Shown in pieces: positions 1 to 24,864 of a stretch of DNA of 64,000 bases. Below the pieces are notes generated by a model. The model was given only the letters and a program-made list of their open reading frames with translations, was not told the DNA's origin and made no database searches. Origin of the DNA: Macrostomum lignano (lineage: Eukaryota). The translations under genes and the position numbers were made by a program. The stretch is taken from assembly GCA_002269645.1 (NCBI GenBank), contig NIVC01001009.1:277402-341401 (forward strand). Reading direction: 5' to 3'. Numbering within the stretch: position 1 is the stretch's first letter; each line of letters begins with the position of its first letter.

Positions 1-1129
1 TGCAAAAATCCAAGCCTGCCTTACTCCACCCTCCCTCTGCTAATCCTAGCTAATCCATTCTGGAGCTTAAGTTCACATGAAATCCCCATTTATCCCCTTT
101 CTCCTCACAGAGATCTCCAAATGCTAAAGTGGTCGGGTTTTCGGCATAACGGGAGCTAGTTGGCTCCAAATGAAGGGATTGGCGTAGAGAAATCGGGACC
201 CAATGCTTCAGGCTCCATTTCGACTCTTAAGTTCACATCCCCTTGCTTCATTGCGCAATTTCGGTCTTGCATGAAGTTTCAACCTTGTTAAAGTCATTGA
301 AATCTTTAATTTGTTTTAGCAGATATTTCTACTAACAAGTAGAGCATTCGTGTATTGCAGTATAAAATATCGAAACTGTAGTTCCGTTCTGCAACATGCA
401 CATAAGAGAGCAATAAAAATTCTAGACTGAAGACATGATTTACAACCCCCAGCTGAGAATAATAACGAGTCAGAGAGGGATACTTCATACTGCAGTTTCC
501 CGTGACGTGGAATTCGGGACTCAAGTTGCAGGAAACATGAGCCCTGCTTGAGCTGTGCAGCTTCGACTCGACTCGAAAGAAATATGATAATCTATGAATT
601 TTGCCAGAGCTGCAGCACAGAACTTCAACATGGGGCTTCGTTTTTGGCTGAGTGCTCTGTGAGCACAAGTCCCAGTGAGTCTGTGTTTGTCTCCATTTTT
701 CCTGATTTTATTGCTCAAGCTCACCTTGTATGGCCTTTGCTATTTGATTCTCAATTTTTTTCTCCTTTGATCAAATGCAAAAATCTGTCTTTTGATCCTT
801 GAAATAGCATTCTATTCAGCTAATTACACGAAGCTATATGGTAAGCTTTTATCAGTTGATAGATTTTTTCTGTCTAGGTAGCTGCTTTTTACTTAAAACT
901 TCAGTCATTACCAAATGGCCTAAAATTCAAGATTAGTTTAGCTCGTATCTAGATGCACTTTAAGCTTCTGATTATCTCTTTCCTCTTGTGATATTCTGAT
1001 TAGATCACATTGGATCACTTGATCGCGATCGAATAACCTGAGTGAACATGATTGGATCAGCTAGAAGATAATGAATTTACCATTTGATTGATTCGTATGC
1101 CAAAAGAACTTGGTTAGATCACCTGAGGT

Positions 1130-1950
1130 GATGATTAGATAGCTTGAATAATGATGATTAGATAGATTGAAAAATTATGATTAGGTACGATTGAAAGATA
1201 TTGATTAGGTAATCTGAAAAATGATGATTAGAAAAGCTGAAAGATAAGGATTAGATAGCTCGAAAGATGATGATTAGATAGCACCAAAGATGATTAGATA
1301 TCCTGAAAGATGATGATTGGATATTCTGAAAGATGATTAGATAGCTCGAAAGATGATGATTAGATAGCACCAAAGATGATTAGATATCCTGAAAGATGAT
1401 GATTGGATATTCTGAAAGATGATTAGATAGCTCGAAAGATGATGATTAGATAGCACCAAAGATGATTAGATATCCTGAAAGATGATGATTGGATATTCTG
1501 AAAGATGATTATATAGCTCGAAAGATGATGATTAGATAAGCTCCAAAGATGACTAGATATCCTGAAAGATGATGATTGGATATTCTGAAAGATGATTAGA
1601 TAGCTCGAAAGATGATGATTAGATAGCACCAAAGATGATTAGATATCCTGAAAGATGATGATTGGATATTCTGAAAGATGATTATATAGCTCGAAAGATG
1701 ATGATTAGATAAGCTCCAAAGATGACTAGATATCCTGAAAGATGATGATTGGATATTCTGAAAGATGATTATATAGCTCGAAAGATGATGATTGGATATT
1801 CTGAAAGATGATTATATTAGCTCGAAAGATGATGATTAGATAAGCTCCAAAGATGACTAGATATCCTGAAAGATGATGATTGGATATTCTGAAAGATGAT
1901 GATTAGATAGCGCGAAAGATAATGATTAGATAGCCTGAAATATGATGATT
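1130..1950. repeat. Minisatellite of about 21-bp GAAAGATGATGATTAGATA-like subunits arranged as an 86-bp higher-order unit
   Basis: TCCTGAAAG recurs at 1301, 1387 and 1473 (period 86). Confidence 0.9.
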
Positions 1951-2621
1951 AGCGGCAAATAACCTGTATAGTTTGTCAGTGTATCATGGAGCTACCATAG
2001 TTTGGTTTCAAGCAAAAGAGGCATTCTACATGTACATTGGGCAACATATGAATGGAAGTCAGTGTCTGTGTAAATAGGGCTTTACAAAGCCGAACCAACT
2101 TGAACTACGGACAAAAAACTGAGGAAGACAGAAAAAAGGCAAAAATTTCTCGGTCAAATATTTGCTGCTCAGTTTCTCGGAAAGATGACAAATTTATTCA
2201 GTGCAGCTGCAGACACTCCAACAAAGTACAAAATTCTGGAAAAAACACTTCACTACGGAAATAACTCGCGCATAAAATTGAACGAGTGTCCAAAAAGTGT
2301 CTTCACAGTGCAGCTGGGCTCGGCGGAGCAATGAAAAAAATGTTCACACTCGGGTACAGTTCTGCATAGGCAATGCGAAAAATAAATTAAAGAGATTCGA
2401 AAAAATTTGGACGCTTTGCTACTACAAATTTCTAATATAAACGTATTGTATTTGTGTAGTGTTTAAATGATGTAACGCATCAAGTTTTACTTAGGTCGAA
2501 ACCACTTTTATCAGATAAAAAGTTCAAAGCAAACTTCTGGATTACTAAATAAAGCAAGTGACTGTGTGCTTTTTTGTTTGGTTATATAATGCAAGTGGAA
2601 ACACTGCTGTTCCGTTGCTGA

Positions 2622-3113
2622 CTGTTTTGCTACTGTTGTTGGCTGTATTGTTACTGTTGTTGTTCTGTTATTGGCTGTATTGTTACTGTTGTTGTTCTGT
2701 TATTGGCTGTATTGTTACTGTTGTTGTTCTGTTATTGGCTGCATTGTTACTGTTGTTGTTCTGTTATTGGCTGTATTGTTACTGTTGTTCTGTTATTGGC
2801 TGTATTGTTACTGTTGTTGTTCTGTTATTGGCTGCATTGTTACTGTTGTTGTTCTGTTATTGGCTGCATTGTTACTGTTGTTGTTCTGTTATTGGCTGCA
2901 TTGTTACTGTTGTTGTTCTGTTATTGGCTGCATTGTTACTGTTGTTGCTCTGTTATTGGCTGTGTTGTTACTGTTGTTGTTCTGTTATTGGCTGTATTGT
3001 TACTGTTGTTGCTCTGTTATTGGCTGTATTGTTACTGTTGTTGTTCTGTTATTGGCTGCATTGTTACTGTTATTGTTCTGTTATTGGCTGTATTGTTACT
3101 GTTGTTGTTCTGT
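2622..3113. repeat. 32-bp minisatellite CTGTTATTGGCTGTATTGTTACTGTTGTTGTT, about 15 copies
   Basis: Read directly; explains the three overlapping Cys/Leu-rich ORFs. Confidence 0.95.
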
Positions 3114-3705
3114 TTGGTGGGTGCTCAACTCACAGGTTTATCAAGCGAGTGTAAGAAAACTTCCTATCTGATACTTCAGACCAGCAAGCAAGGAACACCA
3201 GACTAAAAGTAAAACCCTTTCTAAGTCTAAAGACTAAAGGAAATGGATTACTGCTTAATTTTTACAGCGGAAGTTTTACAGGTTAGAACTTGATTAACCC
3301 ACATGGTGCATGAAACAAGTTACATGTTTATCAGTCCGAGATGCAACTCTGAAAACCTGGAAACTCTGAATAGTGAATCGCAATTTAACGCTGCAGCTCT
3401 CAATTACAGCTAAGCATATTTGAAACTTCAGACACACCTTTGTTGGCTTCGCAGTTTGAAGGGGAAACGGGGCCTAAAAATACACGAACAGGGAGTGTAG
3501 CATCCTTCTACTCGAGTGCAATCAGTAGTGCAAACCTGGCATGCAGAGGGGACCCAGTTCGCATTCACACCAGCGTGTTGGGTTTCACAAAGGATTCTGA
3601 GCATCAACAGCATGATAATATAGCAGTTGCGAACGAACGCCAGCAGCTTATGGCTATACTTGTGAATGGGATCGGGAAGAAATTTCTGTGCTAAGGAGCC
3701 CATCT

Positions 3706-3975
<270 letters not shown>

Positions 3976-4560
3976 CCTTATCTGAGAGAGACTCATTCCG
4001 CAAAAGCACACCATCAAAGAGTTACATACGCGAGACGGAATTACTATTAGTTGAAACAGACAACGGTAAGTTTCTGCTCAACCGCACGTATAAAAAGCCA
4101 AGCTTTGTTGCAAAATGCATTGATAGGATGGAATATTCTCAGTTTTCAGCTTATGTTTGAAGAGTCAAAGATGCCATGTGTTTTATGGTTGGTTTACAAT
4201 TTTAGTTTTAAAAAACGCTCGATAAGTACAATTTGCAAAAATATAAATTCTGGCGCTCTCTTTCGTTCTCTTTTTCTCTTTTATTCTCTTTTGTATCTTC
4301 CTAATCGGATTAAGTCAAATTGCTAATCTCTAAATTAACAAGGACGAATACGGATTAGAAATATGGAAACCTAACTGACTGCTATTTTTCATTGAGATTA
4401 GCTAGTTTACTTCAACAAATCAGCCTCGCATCAAACGAGTCCCTAATGATTAATTAACAATGTTGAGTTTATTGCCGAAAACAGAAAATCTCTACATTGC
4501 ATTTTGAAACAGTGCACTTGCCTTCAAGAAAATTTAAACAATTTCGAAGCTGTCCTGTCG

Positions 4561-7500
4561 TCAAGCGGACGCTCTCGCTAAGAAGGCTAGCAGCAGTGAC
4601 ATCAGTTGGAGCAGCAAGGAAGCAGCAATCGGAGAGTCACCGTTGCAGCCGTCAGTGTTGCAGGTGAGAATGCAGCCGTACATGAGTACGCCCTCCCACT
4701 TCACCTTCTGCATCGGGCCGCAGTGGGTGCTGCGACCGATTTCCGTATTGTCGGAATTGCCACCGTTGTCCACAACGCATGTCCGAATCACCGTTCGCGT
4801 TTGGTCATTGGCTGTTGGTCGTTGGAGGATGCGGTTTATGCAGTTTTGCAGAAACGCACAAGATTGAAACACACAGCCACATGTATCAGACACAGCATCA
4901 TAGCTTTATCTCGAATGCTAGCAAAAGCACAATATTGCAGATACATGTTCAGTTCATGAAACAGCTATGTAGACACAACATTGTAGACGCATGTTCAGCT
5001 GATGCAACACTCAGACCAAGCTGTACACACATGTTCAGCTGATGCAACACTCAGACAAAGCTGTAGACACATGTTCAGCTGATGCAACACTCAGACAAAG
5101 CTGTACACACATGTTCAGCTGATGCAACACTCAGACAAAGCTGTACACACATGTTCAGCTGATGCAACACTCAGACAAAGTTGTAGACACATGTTCAGCT
5201 GATGCAACACTCAGACAAAGCTGTACACACATGTTCAGCTGATGCAACACTCAGACAAAGTTGTAGACACATGTTCAGCTGATGCAACCGTCAGCACAGA
5301 AGCATGGACATAGCGTATCAGACAGCACTACTATACGATAAAAATCGCTGACAAGTGGCATGCCCTATACTCACGATTCTGCAGCTTGATTTTGATGCAC
5401 TCAGTCGCTGGGAACAGGCCGGCTCGGCCAACCCTTGCCGCCTGACAGTTGGAATTGAAAAAGTTTGCAACATTGCCGAACGTGTCGTCACAAAGTGGCT
5501 TTGAGTTGTTGTTTGAGGTGCAGACGAAACAGCCGAGGCTGTGGACTGAAGAACACAGGTTTGAATAGTTTGCCGCATATACATCATGTGAAATTAAAGT
5601 CACTACAGACAGAAGAAAACTACTCTCGCAAGTCCTGAAAATTCACTGCAGACTAATTTTTGCTGCCGAAGTTCAGTTTTTTACACATTATTGACCTTCT
5701 GGATTGCCGAATAGCAAAGATTTTTAGCTCGCAAAGTTCGTAAAGCTGCTGGAGGCGAACAAGCGAGCCAAGTTCCTGCGAAATTCCAGTCCGAATTTGT
5801 CTATGGTAAAACTCCATCTAGCGCCATGCAAAATCCCCTTCCGAAACCGCGACTGTAGTTTGAGCGTTGCCAATAAAGTGAGAACATTTTGTCAAGACAA
5901 ACGTAAAGCTTGTGAATCAACCTCGGACAAAAGACATGCTCGGTTTGTAATTGGGAAGTTCAGCAGGGGAGATATCGGGCCCGTTCTATAAAGCCATCGT
6001 TAGATGGGATCGTCAGTTCCGAGTATACACTTGTCCCTAGTTTTGGCGGTACTTAATATTTAGAATCAAGCTTTGGAACCTACGGCTTCATAAGTTTATC
6101 AGCCTTTAGAAGGTTTTTACAGAAGTGCATTCCTTTATTTCTATGCTCGTCATCGGACGCTTTAAAAGCGGACCATAAAGCCATACGGTCGGTCAGCTAA
6201 GTGAAAAGTAGCATGCAAAAACAAACATGCACGCAGGGAACACAGTGACCGACATTATTCATGTCATGTTTGTCCTACTGACCTAACTGAATTGCTGTTT
6301 AGGTGCAGCTAGCGATTGTCACATAGGAGGAAGCCGTTTAGGTCTTGGCGGAACACACTTTTAGCAATTAATTGCTGCCATTTGCGTGACGCCGCGGCGT
6401 GCTTCTGAACTCTTGCTTGCGCCCAACCTCCCTCTCGATCCCCTCTGCCCAGCTTAGAGCTAACTGCCTCTAAGCCTGTAAGCTTGTACCCTTTACTTGC
6501 AATTAGAACGAAGAGGCACGAATTCAGGACAGAACTTTTTAAAGCTCATTTCTTTCGAATGCTCTGTCGAATTAACTACCTCAGGATGGTGCTTGAGCAT
6601 CCTGTAGATGCTATTTTTAGGCATCTTTCCGGGCTCTCTTAATTGTCATGCAAGCGACTGATTTTCCTTCTAAACCATTGCTTGCCTCACTGATTGCTTC
6701 TTTTTTACTGTAAGATAATTCCTACCACCTGACCTACTTGCAAACTAGACTTCAAGTGGACCGAATTCCCTCCGCAAAAACATGACACCTTGAATACACA
6801 GCAGCCATCAACCATCAACCTATTGATGATTGAACATGCACTCGCAATCCAGGTTCTATTCTTAGCATGGCGGCAGTGCAGTGGGAGACAAGACACCAGT
6901 ATATTCTTCAACTGTCGCTCCGTCCCTCGCTCTGTAATATTTTTTCTAACTTATGCGAAGGCGCTGCTGTTTACGCGGTAGTCGGGTTCGCGCTGTCAGT
7001 TCAGCGCAGAGGATACGCCGTGAGGCACTTTTGACCCACAGTTAAGAAGCTGTGTATGCCAAAAGTTCAAAGTTAGAAAAGTGTGACGGCAGCTAGTGCA
7101 AACTCCAAACTGATTTTTTTGGGGGGGAGAGCAACTTCATAAGCACTATTAGTTCTACACGTGTGGTTTGAATTTTGATTTAGTCCGGATTTTACGATAC
7201 GGAATTTTTGATGCTTGAAAATTCAGGGCCGCTGTACACCCTCTGACAGCGGCATACAGTATCCTTAGCATACAGTATAACTCTCTTACTGCTTGGATCC
7301 ACGTTCTCATCACTATCACAGGCTGATCACTTGCACTATGAAAATGAATGATAAGACAGAATTCTCCAACTGAGAAAAAGCGATCAAATTGGCTGTCGCC
7401 AGCCGGCAAAGCCAGGGCTGCTCAGCAATATTGATCCAGAAGGAAATTTCACACCCCAGCGAACTTGCCTCGAAGAATAATTTAAAGAGAGATTAAATCC

Positions 7501-10449
7501 CTCGTGTTCTCCCACAGGCTAGGGTGAGACTCGTTCTCGCACATTCGTTGAGCTTATTCGTTGTTCACTGAACGGCGTAATTGAAATCACTAATAATTAA
7601 TTTATATGATGGTAGGAATCTTAGAGATTTGGATAAATACAGTTTTTAGCTTAACTACGAGCATATTTCAGAATTTTCTATAATGCCTCGCTTTCGAATT
7701 CGTGATTCAAATTTTCCCTTTTGTTTAACTATGAGCGTTAAACAAAAAATGGGAAGCAATGGGAAGTCAAGCAGTTTAATTTAGGTGATTAAAATTTTTT
7801 AATATTTTGTTCTTCTGAATGCAACAGTTATCTTAATTGCTTGTCGATTTCATCAGCAACGGCCCGCTTCTCTAAAAATAAACGTTTAATAGAAAGCTGA
7901 TAAAAATGTTATATTTCTGATTAATGTACCTGTCTCTAACTGTCATCGTCAATGCTTTACTTTGTTTACTTAGTCTATTAGTTTAAGGATTAGACAATGG
8001 AGTTTAAGGATTAGACAATGGAGTTTAAGGATTAGACAATGGAGTTTAAGGATTAGACAATGGAGTTTAAGGATTAGACAATGGAGTTTAAGGATTAGAC
8101 AATGGAGTTTAAGGATTAGACAATGGAGTTTAAGGATTAGACAGTGGAGTTTAATTATTAGACAGTAGATTTTAAGGTATAACAGTAAACTTTAGGGATT
8201 AGACAGTTTTTAGACAGTAGAAGCTTTGAGATTAGACAGGTTTTAGACAGTAGAAGCTTTGAGATTAGACAGGTTTTAGACAGTAGAAGCTTTGAGATTA
8301 GACAGGTTTTAGACAGTAGAAGCTTTGAGATTAGACAGGTTTTAGACAGTAGAAGCTTTGAGATTAGACAGGTTTTAGACAGTAGAAGCTTTGAGATTAG
8401 ACAGGTTTTAGACAGTAGAAGCTTTGAGATTAGACAGGTTTTAGACAGTAGAAGCTTTGAGATTAGACAGGTTTTAGACAGTAGAAGCTTTGAGATTAGA
8501 CAGGTTTTAGACAGTAGAAGCTTTGAGATTAGACAGGTTTTAGACAGTAGAAGCTTTGAGATTAGACAGGTTTTAGACAGTAGAAATTTTGAGATTCGAC
8601 AGTTTTAGACAGCAGAAGCTTTGAGATTTGACAAAGGGATTTGAGAAGTTCACTGTGAATTTAAAGAATGATACTGTTTACTGTTGCCTACTAAAAAGTA
8701 GACCTTACATTCAAAGTGGACAGGCAAACTTTCATAGCATAAAATTTAACCGAAATAGTGAAGCACCATTGTGCTTTGGATAAAATTTCCCGCGAGAACA
8801 TTTCTCAATGCAGAAAAATGGAATCCATTGCGCCAGTTAAATTAAAGTCAGACTATAAGTAAAATTTACACGGCATAAATATGGACTTTGTCTATCGATT
8901 CGTGTCCCAGAACATGCGCACAAGCCCTTGCATCGGCTATGTTGAGCAAACCTCAGCTATACATTTGCCCCCACTTCTCAATGGATGATTGTGTGCTCAA
9001 GGATCGGGCTACCAGTACTCAAGAGCACTTTTAGCTCGAGTCACACTGAACTCGACCTACCTTTGGGTGAGGAAGCCAAAAACGCTCAAGATCGGCAGAG
9101 ATCGATGCCCCATCATCATTGACAGTGAGCCTACCAAGTGTGTCAGTTTGAGCATTGAGCCAAGGACATCTCAACTCAAATCTGGAGTTGAACCTCTTCG
9201 ATTTAGGTGTCCCTGGTTTACCACTCCAGATATTAGTTTCAGGTGTCCCTGATTGAGAGGACTTCGAGAGGACTATGAAAAATCAGCTTGATGGCGCTGT
9301 CCCAACCTTAATGGCGCACTTTGCCTCTCAAGAATTATGCTGCGTGGTCACAGTTGGAAACTTCAGGCTTTCGGGGAAAAGGGGGAATGCGTGGTTGCCA
9401 TGGAGACGGCACGAATGAGAACGATTTAACTGCTCATAGGTACTCGTAATTTTTGGAAGCACAGGCAGTAAAAATGCGCTGCTCATTATCATGATCGATG
9501 ACAATAAACTAAGAATGTTTTCTACTGATTTAAATTACTTAAAGGAGCAGTGCAACAGCACTTTTGAGTCTAATTAATAATCCAACAGAGTTGCTAAATT
9601 AAATATAGGCTCTTGTCTCTGATTACAGTAACTTTCAGACTTTAATTTCCTGTCCTTTCTAATGCAAATTAATAATATTCTAACCAGAATATTTAAGCCA
9701 GGCACAAAGCATTCTCAATATGAACTTGACTTGCAGAACGCTGAACTTTGTCATTCTGGTGCAAAGTTGATGGGATATAGATAGACATCGGATGCTATTG
9801 GTAAAGTAGATACTTCATACTTATTCAGAGGCGATTGGTGGATACATAGCATGCATAACTGTCTACCAAAGATGGACTGGCAGCTATAGAAAGACAGGTC
9901 GAGACAGAGATGTACAGAAAGCTATGGACAGAGATGGACAGACAGGGACAGACAGACAGGGACAGACAGACAGGGACAGACAGACAGGGACAGACAGACA
10001 GGGACAGACAGACAGGGACAGACAGACAGGGACAGACAGACAGGGACAGACAGACAGGGACAGACAGACAGGGACAGACAGACAGGGACAGACAGACAGG
10101 GACAGACAGACAGGGACAGACAGACAGGGACAGACAGACAGGGACAGACAGACAGGGACAGACAGACAGGGACAGACAGACAGACAGCTATGAACAGAGA
10201 TGAACAGCCAGGGATGGACAGACAGCTATGGACAGAGATGGACAGACAGGGATGAACAGACAGCTATGGACAGAGATGAGCAGACAGGGACAGACTGACA
10301 GGACAGAGATGAACAGACAGGGATGAACAGACAGCTATGGACAGAGATGAGCAGACAGGGACAGACTGACAGCTGAAATTCGCTGACTTACCGCAAGCAG
10401 GCGAAGCCAGTAGTGTAGCTATCAGCAGTGCAATGATCCTCGGCCTCAT
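4561..10449 (-). CDS. Ly6/uPAR (three-finger) quiver/sleepless-like GPI-anchored protein, 159 aa; exons 10449-10392, 5545-5375, 4811-4561
   Basis: Signal peptide [19 protein letters not shown] then donor G|gtaagt (10391). Acceptor ttcag| at 5546 gives [11 protein letters not shown]...CDDTF...C...FPATECIKI; donor C|gtgagt (5374); acceptor caacag| (4812) gives ...VIRTC...HC...[12 protein letters not shown] plus a hydrophobic GPI-type tail. All junctions are phase 1, 480 nt total, 10 Cys in the domain. AATAAA on the minus strand at 4468-4473. Confidence 0.9.
4960..5290. repeat. 40-bp minisatellite in Ly6 intron 2, about 8 copies
   Basis: GATGCAACAC at 5041, 5081, 5121 and onward. Confidence 0.95.
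7980..8630. repeat. 21-bp array (GTTTAAGGATTAGACAATGGA) grading into a 33-bp array (TTTTAGACAGTAGAAGCTTTGAGATTAGACAGG)
   Basis: 21-bp units about 7980-8150; 33-bp units about 8208-8630 (AAGCTTT at 8221, 8254). Confidence 0.95.
9935..10372. repeat. 14-bp GGGACAGACAGACA array with degenerate tail, Ly6 intron 1
   Basis: Read directly; gives a 14-aa periodic pseudo-ORF. Confidence 0.95.
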
Positions 10450-11306
10450 TATAATGCGGCACTTACAGTGTAATTAACGCCTAATTTGCTTTCTATAGTG
10501 GTACTGTTAATATTACATATCGCAGTACAGCAGTCGATCCGAAACAGTTGACTTATGCAGAAGCGGACAGGCGTCTGTGCGTGCCAAGACGGCAAGGAGA
10601 ATGATTGGCGCGCACTCGGCATTGGTCCGGGGCCGTACAGAGCGAGTCGCTAGGCAAAAAATAGAAATTCTACCGATGCCTCTTCTCATAGCCACTCCTG
10701 TTGCTCATGTCCGCTCCCTCTCTCTACCCTGGCTTCCTCTCCCTCTCAATTATTTTGCCTGGCAACAAACAAAAATAACCGGTGAGCAGCAGCGCAGAAA
10801 GCAAGAAAGCAAAAAGGCCTGTAAACTGGTTGAGCACGGATTTCGCAAGGAGTCGCCCGCCGTTCAGATATGAATCGAATGCGCCTGCTGCTCCGGACCC
10901 TGGCGTGTGAGGGCAGAAAATCAAGAAATCGACGGGGGGAATTGGAAGTCGGAACTTTTTTCCAACGCTCCCCGCCGCCATGCATATTTTCGGAGGCGAG
11001 TGAGGCGGCAAGTGCAGCGCACGAGAAGGTGGCTGAGACATGCGAGTTCACGAAGGGGACCGAGAGGGGCTTGGTTTGGTTAGACTGAGTTTCTCTGCAG
11101 CTCTGTATGCGCCTAGAGAGCGAGGGGAGAGAGGGAGCGAGAGATCCCTCCTTAGCTGTAAGTTATTTGGCAAGTCGCTTTGAGTTTGAGAAGCACCGCG
11201 GGCCAAACTTTGTTCAATGAAATCGATCTGAGCAGTGGCCTCTTGAACACAAGAGAGCTTGGAGCTGGGAGAGAGCAGCTGCTCTGTGCTGGTTTGGCCT
11301 GTAGTG

Positions 11307-11813
<507 letters not shown>

Positions 11814-12181
11814 ACAAATGAAATGTGATTAAGATTGATACGAAACAATTTTTAACTCTTAATAACTTGCCTCAGCATAATTTAATAAACAAAGAATAGT
11901 ACACCGCCTTTTTCTGCAGCCTACTGGCAAGTAGGCAGTTCGATAAAAACAGTATATTTTACCTTGAAAATTCAATTTGTTTCGTCAAAGCTTTTCAAAC
12001 AAGTTACTCTAGTACATGATTTTTATGAGTAAAAGAATGAAAAAGTTTGTGATTCAAGAAAAGTTTGAGAAATTAGTAAGCAGTAAATTGGTAGAAAATA
12101 TTGACATCAATTAGTTTAAAAATTGGTATCATAGAAACCAGACAGTATGTGACGCAATCAAATGTAGATTCTCAGCAATTT

Positions 12182-24502
<12,321 letters not shown>

Positions 24503-24864
24503 TTTGTAGATGCTGGATTGCTAAAACAGCTCTGTCAAATAATAGGTATGGATTGACGTTCCCTTTCTGCTGGAGGCAACTGCTCACTTTTGTCCCTTTG
24601 ACTTGATTATGGATTGATAGCTTATTAACTTTTTTCGTTTGACACCGTCCTGACAAACAGTGCTTTGCTTTCTGCTTGAAGGGAGCATGCAGAGGGAAAG
24701 CCTAAGAGTAGATTTAGGACGCTGGAATGCTGCTGAGTGCAGCTCTGTAATTGGGATTGGCCAAGCTTTTCTGCAGCCAATCCCTGCTTTGCTATCGCAA
24801 TTGTGGCCATGCAGTGCAGCGTAGCGTCTTCTTGTCGGTGAGATCAGCTAGAAAACACTGTTGT

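Noticed and set aside
2558-3206. Three overlapping Cys/Leu-rich ORFs
   Set aside because: All three frames are open because of a stop-free 32-bp repeat.
3428-3703. ORFs on both strands between two repeats
   Set aside because: No recognisable protein motif and no splice partner found.
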